From Lentimicrobium sp. (GTDB lineage: Bacteria; Bacteroidota; Bacteroidia; Bacteroidales; 4484-276): a stretch of DNA of 39,593 nucleotides. Made by a program: the position numbers and the translations under genes. Each line of letters begins with the position of its first letter. Positions within the stretch are counted from its first letter, which is position 1. Below, piece by piece: positions 29,043 through 37,873 of the stretch. The notes under the pieces were generated by a model that ran no database searches, was not told the origin of the DNA, and saw nothing but the letters and a program-made list of their open reading frames with translations. The stretch is from positions 1 through 39,593 of the forward strand of contig JAAYWF010000094.1 in NCBI GenBank assembly GCA_012516825.1, in the 5' to 3' direction.

Positions 29043-29067
29043 GACGATAAATCGGAAAATCTGTTTC
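29043..29067 (-). promoter_or_regulatory. candidate ECF-type (autoregulatory) promoter: GAAAC-N16-CGTC
   Basis: The minus strand reads TGAAACagattttccgatttatCGTCtttt. The -35-like GAAAC is at 29067-29063 and the -10-like CGTC at 29046-29043, with a 16-nt spacer. It ends 11 nt upstream of the sigma ATG at 29031. Confidence 0.4.
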
Positions 29068-29180
29068 AAAAAAATTAAAATATTATTTACTCGAATTTTA
29101 AAAGAAAGCTCAAAAAGACAGATGAAACTTAGGATTTATTTCACCTCTTTATATTCCTGACAAGGCAAAATCAATTTTAT

Positions 29181-30704
29181 CTACAACTTAAAAACACTTA
29201 CATCTTCATCAGGCAGTTCAAAAACAACATCCTGAAGGAACTTAACAGAAGTATTAATATCGTTATACATAACTTTGTCGTTTTCAATAAATTGTACTTT
29301 TTCGCGATATTTCGCAACAAATTCTTCAAGATATGGCGATGTAGTTTCTGGTCTTCTAAAATCGAGCGCCTGCGCTGCATTTAGCAATTCAATAGCAAGT
29401 ATCCGTTCTAAATTTTCAAGTACTCTGTAGGCTTTGGTAGCTGCATTAGCGCCCATACTCACGTGATCCTCTTGACCTTGCGACGACTCAATAGTATCCA
29501 CCGAAGCAGGGGTACATAACTGTTTGTTTTGGTTAACAATAGAAGCTGCTGTGTATTGTGGGATCATAAAGCCTGAATTAAGTCCCGAATTTGCAACCAA
29601 AAAATGTGGTAGCCCACGTTTGCCTTCAAGTAATTGATAAGTACGTCTCTCAGAAATATTACCAAGCTCAGCCATAGCAATACACAAATTATCGAGCGCT
29701 AAAGCTAATGGCTGACCATGAAAATTACCTGCAGATATAATTAGATCCTCATCAGGGAAAACTGTAGGGTTGTCGGTAACTGCATTAATCTCCATCCGGA
29801 AAACATAAGCCACATAGTCTATTGAATCTTTAGATGCACCATGTACCTGAGGTATACAACGAAAGGAGTATGGGTCTTGGATATGAGCTTTTTGGCGCTT
29901 AATAAGTTTGCTGTCTTTCAAAATATTACGAATGCGCTGTGCCGTTTTTATCTGACCTTTATGATGCCTTATTTGCTGAATCAAATGATGAAAGGGTTCT
30001 ATTCTGCCATCAAATGCATCTAAAGACAAAGCTCCAATAATATCTGCCAGGCGCGACAGCTTGAATACACGCAAACAGAGATAAATACCATAAGCGCTCA
30101 TAAACTGCGTGCCATTAAGCAACGCTAGTCCCTCTTTCGATTGCAGACTGATAGGTTCCCATCCCATTACATTGTTTACATAGGAAGCGGGCATCTTTTG
30201 ACCCTTAAAATAAACCTCGCCCATTCCTATCAGTGGCAGACTGAGATGAGCCAAAGGAGCAAGATCGCCTGAAGCGCCAAGAGAACCTTGCTGATATACT
30301 ACCGGCAACACATCGTGGTTAAAAAAATCAATCAACCGCTGAACTGTGGCAACCTGAACTCCCGAGTGACCATAGGAAAGAGCATGTGCCTTGAGAAGCA
30401 ACATTAACTTTACTATTTCCTGTGGAACCTCCTCTCCCGTACCACAAGCATGAGACATAACCAGATTTTGCTGCAATTTACCCAAATCATCTTTTGAAAT
30501 ACGCACATTATGCAAGGCGCCAAAACCTGTATTAATACCATAAATAGGATCATCGCTGTCAGTAATCCTGCGATCGAGATAATCACGGCATTTCTGAATT
30601 TTAGTTATCGCTTCATCAGACAATTCAAGCTGATATGATTCTCGCAAAATACGAAGGATATCTTCAAAATTCAATAGTGCAGAACTAATTTTATGTATAG
30701 CCAT
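29181..30704 (-). CDS. hutH: histidine ammonia-lyase
   Basis: The MIO-forming triad is in GSLGASGDLAPLAHL. YGINTGFGAL and LVMSHACG have the Ser-His pair typical of HAL rather than PAL/TAL. The start is placed at the ATG at 30704 (MAIHKISS...). The 26-aa N-terminal extension in the track ORF looks non-coding and contains a promoter box. Confidence 0.87.
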   Translation of the reverse strand: MAIHKISSALLNFEDILRILRESYQLELSDEAITKIQKCRDYLDRRITDSDDPIYGINTGFGALHNVRISKDDLGKLQQNLVMSHACGTGEEVPQEIVKLMLLLKAHALSYGHSGVQVATVQRLIDFFNHDVLPVVYQQGSLGASGDLAPLAHLSLPLIGMGEVYFKGQKMPASYVNNVMGWEPISLQSKEGLALLNGTQFMSAYGIYLCLRVFKLSRLADIIGALSLDAFDGRIEPFHHLIQQIRHHKGQIKTAQRIRNILKDSKLIKRQKAHIQDPYSFRCIPQVHGASKDSIDYVAYVFRMEINAVTDNPTVFPDEDLIISAGNFHGQPLALALDNLCIAMAELGNISERRTYQLLEGKRGLPHFLVANSGLNSGFMIPQYTAASIVNQNKQLCTPASVDTIESSQGQEDHVSMGANAATKAYRVLENLERILAIELLNAAQALDFRRPETTSPYLEEFVAKYREKVQFIENDKVMYNDINTSVKFLQDVVFELPDEDVSVFKL

Positions 30705-30726
30705 AGCAAACAAACATTTATTTTGA

Positions 30727-30734
30727 CAAAAATA
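30727..30734 (-). promoter_or_regulatory. candidate -7 box for hutH (TATTTTTG)
   Basis: Exact TAnnTTTG on the minus strand, 23 nt upstream of the ATG at 30704. Confidence 0.4.
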
Positions 30735-30789
30735 GAGAATAAAATATCCCTTATGGATAATCAATAGAAGATGTAAGGACAATTTTTAC

Positions 30790-30822
30790 AAAAAAAAAGA
30801 GGACCAAAGCCCTCTTTCTTTT
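30790..30822 (-). terminator. intrinsic terminator closing the glycan operon
   Basis: The stem is AAAGAGG (30796-30802) / CCTCTTT (30811-30817) with an 8-nt loop. On the minus strand it is followed by a 9-nt U-tract (plus-strand A9 at 30790-30798). It lies 137 nt downstream of the WecA-like stop. Confidence 0.7.
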
Positions 30823-30958
30823 TATCTCATTAATTTCGAATTAAGCGGTTGTAATCAACATCATAAGAATTCTACTGAATAAATACCAAGTCGAAATCAC
30901 CTTCATAAAACAATAGTTCAGCTCAAAAGTACTTTCTAATAATTAAGGATAACAAAAC

Positions 30959-31924
30959 TCAAATATTCTTAATCTTTATTGTTACAACACGATATACTGC
31001 TAAATAAACAATTGATAGAACGGTTAATATGAATAGAAACACTATGAAGTTCATTAGTTCGTACCGTATTAATAAAACGACTATAAGATTAACAATCGTC
31101 TGAGAAATAGCATATAATAGAGATACCTGGATGTGAGGCCTTTTTAATTCATTAGAGAGTAACTGGTAAAGATGCAGGCGATGTGCCTGAAAAATATTTT
31201 CGCGACGTAGGATACGGAAGAAGAGGGTAAATAAAGTATCAAGAATGTATATTGAAAAAAAGAGTATGTACTCAATGTTACCTGTTTTTAAGATCAGTGA
31301 AATTAACATCCAGACAAGTAAAAAAGCCATACTCACACTACCCACATCTCCGGCAAAAGCTTTAGCGCGCTTGCGAGCATTGAAATAACTGAAAATCAAT
31401 ACGGAAAGTATGAGAATTATAATAAGCTCTTTAGGAAAAAACTTTAACTTGATATTTAATATTTCAAAAAATAAGAGTGCCGATAGGCTGTAAAATGGAG
31501 TGATTGCATTAATACCATCCATAAAGTTAAAGGCGTTGATCCAGTAAATTGTTAAAAGATATACCAACAACAGCCAATACCATGACAAATTATAAATACC
31601 TATATCATAAAACATTAAGCTAATTGCTACAAAGTGTACAATTATCCTTACCTTACCCGAAAGAGGCTTGAGATCATCCATAAAGCTGATTATTGCAATT
31701 AATGACAAGCCTGCAATTGTCCATTTAAATGCAAATCCATAGAGAAAAAACCAAATTAAAGCTGCAACAGGAAAGATAATTCCTCCACCGCGAATAGTTA
31801 TATTGCGGTGTGAGCTACGCACATTTGGCTTGTCCGTAATATCAAAATGGGTTGCAATCTGAAAATAAAATAAGATTACAGCAATAAGTATCAGCGAGAT
31901 GAAAAAATAGAGTAGAAAAGACAC
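30959..31924 (-). CDS. polyprenyl-phosphate N-acetylhexosamine-1-phosphate transferase (MraY/WecA/WbpL family, initiating glycosyltransferase)
   Basis: 321 aa with ~10 TM segments. Motifs are FMDDL-type (SFMDDLKP) and NAFNFMDGINAI (NxxNxxDGxD). Confidence 0.85.
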   Translation of the reverse strand: MSFLLYFFISLILIAVILFYFQIATHFDITDKPNVRSSHRNITIRGGGIIFPVAALIWFFLYGFAFKWTIAGLSLIAIISFMDDLKPLSGKVRIIVHFVAISLMFYDIGIYNLSWYWLLLVYLLTIYWINAFNFMDGINAITPFYSLSALLFFEILNIKLKFFPKELIIILILSVLIFSYFNARKRAKAFAGDVGSVSMAFLLVWMLISLILKTGNIEYILFFSIYILDTLFTLFFRILRRENIFQAHRLHLYQLLSNELKRPHIQVSLLYAISQTIVNLIVVLLIRYELMNFIVFLFILTVLSIVYLAVYRVVTIKIKNI

Positions 31925-31983
31925 AATTGGGAAATTTACATTGATTATTCCTATTTATTTAGCAAGAAAGAATCTTTAAAACA

Positions 31984-32925
31984 TTATTTCTGAAAATCTT
32001 TAGAAAAGCTTCGCAACGTTAGCAATAGCCCATCTTTTGCAGAAATAGGAAGGTTCTTGATTTGAAGAGCTTGTTTAATCTTTTGATTTGATACTATATA
32101 CGACTCGGTTAGTTTTTTCAATCTTTCCGAATTTAATGGGAGTTTTAAAATATCACCGATCTTAGTTAAACTAAGGATTATCCATTTTGGCATACTCCAT
32201 ACTTTTGGTTTCCTATCCAATGCTTTTGCGATAAGATTGATCAATTCATTGGTTGATATAGGCTCATCATCACCAATTTGATATACTCCCGAAGCTATCT
32301 GCTCTTTTATCAACTTCACGACTATATAACTCAAATTTTCGACCGATGTAAACGAGCGTAAATTTTGAAAGGCTCCGAGCGGCCAAGGAATGCCTTTTTT
32401 TACGATACTATATAAAAGATTTAAGTTTCCTTTATTACCAGGCCCGTGAATCATACAAGGCCTAAGGATATAAACCAGCTTGTCATCAGGAATTGGTTGT
32501 CGGTTTATATATTGCTCGGCAGCCAATTTCGATTTTCCGTATGCAGTTTTTGGATTTGGTGTTGTTTCTTCATTTAATATGCCCTCAACACTGTCGGCAA
32601 CAGCTTTTACAGTACTAAAAAAAATAAATTTCTTAGCCTTTGACTGCAAGAAATAATCAAAGATTTTTTGTGTCAAATTCAGGTTTACTTCGAAATACTC
32701 TTTTTCTTCAGCCGTATTCGTAGTGTCGTGGGCCTTTCCGGCCAAATGTATAATAACATCTACAGCAGGAAGATCGCTAAGAACGTCCCATCCATACACT
32801 CTGTTCTCAGGTAGTTTACCATTCTTTGTAATATCTAATCCAAACAGTTCAAAATCCTGATGTAAAGCATCAAACAGATTCGATCCAACAAAGCCGGATG
32901 AGCCAGTAAGAAGGATTTTAGTCAT
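31984..32925 (-). CDS. NAD-dependent sugar-nucleotide epimerase/dehydratase (SDR family)
   Basis: 313 aa. The Rossmann motif is LTGSSGFVGSNL and the catalytic YxxxK is in AYGKSKLAAE. Pairing with a WbpL/WecA-like gene is common in O-antigen-type loci. Confidence 0.85.
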   Translation of the reverse strand: MTKILLTGSSGFVGSNLFDALHQDFELFGLDITKNGKLPENRVYGWDVLSDLPAVDVIIHLAGKAHDTTNTAEEKEYFEVNLNLTQKIFDYFLQSKAKKFIFFSTVKAVADSVEGILNEETTPNPKTAYGKSKLAAEQYINRQPIPDDKLVYILRPCMIHGPGNKGNLNLLYSIVKKGIPWPLGAFQNLRSFTSVENLSYIVVKLIKEQIASGVYQIGDDEPISTNELINLIAKALDRKPKVWSMPKWIILSLTKIGDILKLPLNSERLKKLTESYIVSNQKIKQALQIKNLPISAKDGLLLTLRSFSKDFQK

Positions 32926-33061
32926 ATTATTTATTTTTTAACCCTGATTAATTCAGGTTCAATCCAAAACTCCATATTTCTGAAACATTTTGCAAAACAG
33001 AAATAGGAGGTTTGAAAGTATTATTGGGATTTAGTCACGATCTAACTATTTATTCAATAGA

Positions 33062-34297
33062 TTATTGATCATTTGTCTTAATAACATTATCTAAAAAACG
33101 ATCGGCAAGTATCTTATAATCGTGATTTTTTATAATCCATTCACGCCCAAGAGTTCCCATTTTTTTTCGATCTTCGGCACTCAAATTCTTTAATTTCTGT
33201 ATGGCTTGACTTAATGCTTCAGGATTTTCAGCTTCACAGATTATGCCGGATCTACTTAATTCTATAATATTATTTGGAGCTTCGACAGCATATATAATAG
33301 GCTTACTTGCAAGCATATAGTCATTCAGTTTTGTCAAACTCATTCCAAAGCGATATAATGGGCTTTTTAAAGCGCCAACATAAGCAACATCAATATATTG
33401 TAAAAAACTAAATACCTGATCTTTTTCAATTTGATCTAAAAAATAAAATTTTTCCGAAACTTCTAATTTCTTTATTAAGATTTTAAGATCGGTGATAAAA
33501 GCGCCAGAACCGATAATTACAACTACTATATCATTGTCGTTTATCAGCGCTAATGCTTCAACCAAAGTATGAAGAGCATTTGAAAGACCGATTTTTCCAA
33601 CATACCCTATAATAAACTTACCGTTTGCTTTAATCAATTCAAGAGTTTCAACATAATTTTGTGGTAATCCTTTTGCATTGAGTTCAGTCGATAGGTCTGC
33701 ACCATTTGGGATATACAAAAACTTTTCAGGTTCCATGCCCCTGCCCACCATATAGTCTTTGGCGGACGGTAAAACAGAAATCACTTTTTCAGCATGTTTA
33801 TAAGCATAATCTTCAGCGCGCTGCATAAGTACTATGAAAGGATTTTGTTTTGACACATTGCCAAGTTCGATAAGAGTTAAAGGCCATAGATCACGAACTT
33901 CAAACACAAGCTTTGCTTTGAATTTTCTGGCTAATCTATGTGCAGTATAAATGGGAAATGGATGATGAGAAGAGCAAATTACAACATCAGCATTTGAAAC
34001 AGGGAGTTTCATAAAACGGCAACGTAAAGTATAAATGATAATACTTTTGATCCTGCCTATTGACGATTTTGGATTATATTCAGGTGTTGGCAACCAAATA
34101 TACCTAATTCCATCAATATACTCTTCTTGAATTTTCCCCGTTTGTTCCGGTTGTTTGAAACGGGTGTGTGCAAATGAAGCTGACACAATGCAAACTTCGT
34201 GGCCTTTTTTCATCCATTCCCGGGCAAGGTAATACTGTCCGTAAACCATACCATGATAAGGTGAGCCGGCAAAATTGGAAAGAAAAATGATTTTCAA
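33062..34297 (-). CDS. GT-B fold glycosyltransferase (family 4, WbuB-like by N-terminal pattern)
   Basis: 411 aa. The N-terminus is MKIIFLSNFAGSPYHGMVYGQYYLAREWMKKGHEVCIVSASFAH. The C-terminal half is GT-B (GYVGKIG..., AYVGAL). The subfamily call is tentative. Confidence 0.78.
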   Translation of the reverse strand: MKIIFLSNFAGSPYHGMVYGQYYLAREWMKKGHEVCIVSASFAHTRFKQPEQTGKIQEEYIDGIRYIWLPTPEYNPKSSIGRIKSIIIYTLRCRFMKLPVSNADVVICSSHHPFPIYTAHRLARKFKAKLVFEVRDLWPLTLIELGNVSKQNPFIVLMQRAEDYAYKHAEKVISVLPSAKDYMVGRGMEPEKFLYIPNGADLSTELNAKGLPQNYVETLELIKANGKFIIGYVGKIGLSNALHTLVEALALINDNDIVVVIIGSGAFITDLKILIKKLEVSEKFYFLDQIEKDQVFSFLQYIDVAYVGALKSPLYRFGMSLTKLNDYMLASKPIIYAVEAPNNIIELSRSGIICEAENPEALSQAIQKLKNLSAEDRKKMGTLGREWIIKNHDYKILADRFLDNVIKTNDQ

Positions 34298-34307
34298 AAC
34301 CTAAAAA

Positions 34308-35423
34308 TTAATGTTTAGAATAAACCTCAAGTAATTTATCTACGATTTTATCCCAGGAAAAGTCAAGCGATGCATTAAAAGCGTTGGTTGAGAAACGTAA
34401 GTAATCAGAAAAAATCACCTTGATCTTTTCAGCAATATCCCTTGGATCATTAGGATTGATGGCATAGCCAACATGACCATCAGGGTAATGTCCATCAAAC
34501 CCCTGCCCACGGGTGTATATTACCGGCAAACCCTGCGACATAGCTTCCGGATAAACAAGGCCAAATGTTTCCAACAAACTTGGCAATACCAATAGGTCAG
34601 CATCTTTGTAAATATTTCTTAATTGTTCGCGTTTTGAGATAAAACCATAAAAGATTATCTCCGTTTTGTAAGTTTGACTCTTAAAATATGAAAGTTGATC
34701 TCCATCACCAACAACTAATAACCTTATCTTAAAATCCTCATTTTTAAGAATTTCACAAGCATTTATAAGAGCTTTCAGATTTTTTCTTTTAACAACACTA
34801 CCAACAAAAATGATGGTGTGCTGTTCCGTTAGTTCCTTTTTTTTATTACGGTTGTTTATCCAAAATTCATTAATTCCATTTGGTAAAACATAAGATTTTT
34901 GTTTGAGTTTTTCATAAGCTAAGTCTCCAAGTATAGCTTTCAATTGAGTTTCTCTGTATGCAGGTGATAGAAAAATAATAGCTTTTGAATTTTTCAATAT
35001 ACGATATCCAATTATTCTAAAAAAATAAAAATTCCCCATGAAGATGTTCATATCAGTATGACGTACGCTAACAATATAGGGCACATTCCATTTTCGGTGA
35101 GCAAAATAAGCTATCAAGCCATTTACAATTAAAGTATGAGCATGGATTAGTTTGGTTGGGTGAGCTAAAAAATGTTTTTTAAAAGCTTTCCAAATCAGGT
35201 ACATTTTAACCGGCCATAAATACCTGAATAAAGTATTAAAGCAATGTGAGTAATAAATTTTCCCGAATTGCAGTTTAGCCGGTTCATTTTTATTAATATG
35301 ACAGGCTTTCTCCACCGGAACGAACACCTGTTGGGCAATCCCCTTCTTATCCAATGCTACAACTAATTCGCTGTGAAGCGAGCTGGCGATAAAATAGGAA
35401 TTAATGTGAGTAATGGAACCCAT
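34308..35423 (-). CDS. glycosyltransferase family 1 (GT-B)
   Basis: 371 aa. Contains FVGSVVKRKN, LLVVGDG and the E-x7-E-type region PSLLETFGLVYPEAMSQGLPVIYT. Confidence 0.85.
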   Translation of the reverse strand: MGSITHINSYFIASSLHSELVVALDKKGIAQQVFVPVEKACHINKNEPAKLQFGKIYYSHCFNTLFRYLWPVKMYLIWKAFKKHFLAHPTKLIHAHTLIVNGLIAYFAHRKWNVPYIVSVRHTDMNIFMGNFYFFRIIGYRILKNSKAIIFLSPAYRETQLKAILGDLAYEKLKQKSYVLPNGINEFWINNRNKKKELTEQHTIIFVGSVVKRKNLKALINACEILKNEDFKIRLLVVGDGDQLSYFKSQTYKTEIIFYGFISKREQLRNIYKDADLLVLPSLLETFGLVYPEAMSQGLPVIYTRGQGFDGHYPDGHVGYAINPNDPRDIAEKIKVIFSDYLRFSTNAFNASLDFSWDKIVDKLLEVYSKH

Positions 35424-35613
35424 ATATAACTATAAAACAATTATTCGCTTACTGTTTTGAATACCCTCGTAAGATCTTTTAAAAAAAAGATACAAATCCA
35501 TATTAGTTCTAAAAATAATTATGCCGTTCTGTAAAAGTCTAATGCACACCTTGAATTTAATTTTTAAAAAATCAAAAAGACTTGTAAACAATGATAAAGC
35601 ATCTTATTGTCAA

Positions 35614-37434
35614 TTATTTTTCTTTTGTATTTTCCAATGCCATCTCTCTAAACTTTTTGTTTCTCTTTATCAGTTCATTGTAAGTACCCTGATCAACTAT
35701 TTTTCCTTCTTCCATATAGAAAATGATATCACAATTCATAACGGTTGTGAGCCTGTGCGCTATCATTATTACAGTTCTTTCACCTTTCAGATCTTCAATA
35801 GCTTTTATGATAAGTTGTTCGGTGATATTATCGAGCGCTGAAGTAGCTTCATCCATAACCAACACCTGTGGATTGTGATAGAGGGCACGGGCAATACCTA
35901 CACGCTGACGTTGACCTCCTGAAAGCCTTGTCCCTCGTTCGCCTACGATAGCATCCAATCCTTTTGGCAAAGACTCAACAAGCTCACGTAGCTGCGAAAG
36001 ATCAACTGCCTTTTGAATTTTTTCTTCATCTATCTCTTTATCAGAAAGTCCAAATCCAATATTACGGCGCATCGTATCATCTGAAAGATATATGAATTGT
36101 GGGATATAACCAATATTATATTGCCAGGCTGATATGTTTTCAAAAACATCCTTACCATCAACTTCAATTTTTCCTTGCTGTGGCTCTAATAATCCCAATA
36201 AGACATCAGCAATAGTGGTTTTTCCAGCGCCGGAAGGGCCAACAAAAGCAACAGCTTTCCCTTTAGGTATTTCGAGTGTTACTCCACGTAAAGCCTGCTC
36301 GGTACTGTTAGGGTATTGATAATGCAAATTACTAATTTGTATGGAATCTTGCAGTTCAATGATTTTTGTTTGGCTACGGTCTTTATGAAACTTTTTCTGA
36401 GCGCTTTGTAAAGCCATAAGATCATCATGAACAGGATTTACAGATGCAATATTATAACGAACTTCAGTGCTTTGCTGTGTAATAAGAAAAAGTGCGGGCA
36501 TTAGTTTCACTATAGCGGCGCCAAACAGCGCAATAATGGGAATAATATCTGCTATTGGCCTCCCCTGAATATGCATTACTAACGCTATTAACAAAATGCC
36601 TATAACAGCGAACGTTTCGACAATAGGTTTAGGCATTTGTACTATAATAGCTCTTTTTCGCTGCAGCAAACTGGATTCATATGCCACTACCCGGTAAGCT
36701 TCGATAAAGTTTTTCTCACGATTGAGCACACGAGCATCTTTAATACCACCAAAAGCCTGGCGGGCTGTTTTTATCATTTCCTCCCTGTACTTTAACGCTT
36801 GATTTCCAAAATATTTAACACGCTTTTGTGTTGCAGCAAGAAAAATTAAAGAGGAGCCTCCAAGAATAAGAATTACAAAAAAGGTGATCAATGGCTCTAT
36901 AATGAAAAGAAATATTACTAAAGAAAGAGCCAGCATAGACTCTTTCAATATTATTAGCGTAGGATTAAGCACCTGATTAATCAGATTATCTACCTCACCT
37001 GTTGTGTTCCGTAAAAGTTCGGAACTATTGCGCGTAAGATAAAATGTGTATGGAGCCTGCATATAGGCTGTCATAATCCTTAAACTTAAAGTGTATCTAC
37101 GATTGTAGGTAAATCTGGATTCAATGAATTTAAAAAGTAAAAGATAGGTGCTTTTTACTAAGAAAATCCCGATAAGCGCTATTGCACCAAAAATCAACAT
37201 TGAACGTGCATCTGTAATCCCTAATTGGTAAAAAATCCATCCAAAACGTTTATTTTCCAATACCATACTTGGGTTGGCAACTATTGCTATAAAAGCAGGT
37301 ATAATACCAACACCAATAACTTCAAGGAAAATTGAGCCTAACATCATCACAAAAATTGCAACAATCTTAAACTTATCTGAACGCGAAAACAGCTTTCTAA
37401 GCTTTTGATATTCAACAGGAATAAAACTTTTCAT
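35614..37434 (-). CDS. fused TMD-NBD ABC exporter (MsbA/PglK-like architecture)
   Basis: 606 aa. The N-terminal domain has 6 TM helices. Walker A is GPSGAGKTT, signature is LSGGQRQR, Walker B is VLVMDEATSALD, and the H-loop is IAHR. Confidence 0.9.
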   Translation of the reverse strand: MKSFIPVEYQKLRKLFSRSDKFKIVAIFVMMLGSIFLEVIGVGIIPAFIAIVANPSMVLENKRFGWIFYQLGITDARSMLIFGAIALIGIFLVKSTYLLLFKFIESRFTYNRRYTLSLRIMTAYMQAPYTFYLTRNSSELLRNTTGEVDNLINQVLNPTLIILKESMLALSLVIFLFIIEPLITFFVILILGGSSLIFLAATQKRVKYFGNQALKYREEMIKTARQAFGGIKDARVLNREKNFIEAYRVVAYESSLLQRKRAIIVQMPKPIVETFAVIGILLIALVMHIQGRPIADIIPIIALFGAAIVKLMPALFLITQQSTEVRYNIASVNPVHDDLMALQSAQKKFHKDRSQTKIIELQDSIQISNLHYQYPNSTEQALRGVTLEIPKGKAVAFVGPSGAGKTTIADVLLGLLEPQQGKIEVDGKDVFENISAWQYNIGYIPQFIYLSDDTMRRNIGFGLSDKEIDEEKIQKAVDLSQLRELVESLPKGLDAIVGERGTRLSGGQRQRVGIARALYHNPQVLVMDEATSALDNITEQLIIKAIEDLKGERTVIMIAHRLTTVMNCDIIFYMEEGKIVDQGTYNELIKRNKKFREMALENTKEK

Positions 37435-37457
37435 TATTTATTCACTTTCTTTTAGTG

Positions 37458-37465
37458 CAAATTTA
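37458..37465 (-). promoter_or_regulatory. candidate -7 box for the ABC exporter/glycan operon (TAAATTTG)
   Basis: Exact TAnnTTTG on the minus strand, 24 nt upstream of the ATG at 37434. Confidence 0.35.
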
Positions 37466-37477
37466 AAAATTCAAAGA

Positions 37478-37491
37478 TTTGCCTTTTATTT
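37478..37491 (+). repeat. direct repeat copy 1: TTTGCCTTTTATTT
   Basis: Exact 14-mer, repeated at 37878-37891, exactly 400 nt away. Confidence 0.8.
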
Positions 37492-37617
37492 CAAACTGTT
37501 ATCAATTTCACTTATTGCTAATATTTTTGAATTTTGATTTTACTTGGACTTACCTATCTTTAGCTTTAAATATTACAGCACAGCCCCGTCAGTTACAGAA
37601 TCATTTTAACCAACTAT

Positions 37618-37751
37618 CTTAATAATCCGACTTTTAGAGTAAATAATAATCAATTATTTCAGCATTTCCCAGCAAAACCAACAGCTTAATAATCGTTCAT
37701 TATTTTTAAACAAAAAACAACCCTCATAAAGTCGGATCGACAATCATTAAG
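37618..37751. repeat. imperfect long-range inverted repeat (19 bp in three blocks) with an 83-nt loop
   Basis: CTTAAT (37618-37623) pairs with ATTAAG (37746-37751). ATCCGACTTT (37625-37634) pairs with AAAGTCGGAT (37728-37737). GAG (37637-37639) pairs with CTC (37723-37725). There is an 8-nt bulge on the right arm and a 2-nt internal mismatch. Confidence 0.75.
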
Positions 37752-37873
37752 GTCAACAAAAATAATTATTTTAAAATGTAAAAAATGAATTACCAGTCAT
37801 TCATATCAACAAGCTCATAAAAATTTAATCCGATTAAATCAGTAATAAATCAATTGAAATTATCCTATTCATT

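Noticed and set aside
32926-33061. Hairpins AACCCTGA-TTAA-TCAGGTT (32940-32958) and the TTTTGCAAAA palindrome (32984-32993) between the GT4 and epimerase genes
   Set aside because: These are short AT-rich stems with no following U-tract on the transcribed (minus) strand. They are compatible with chance or a weak intra-operon structure and are not distinctive enough to call.
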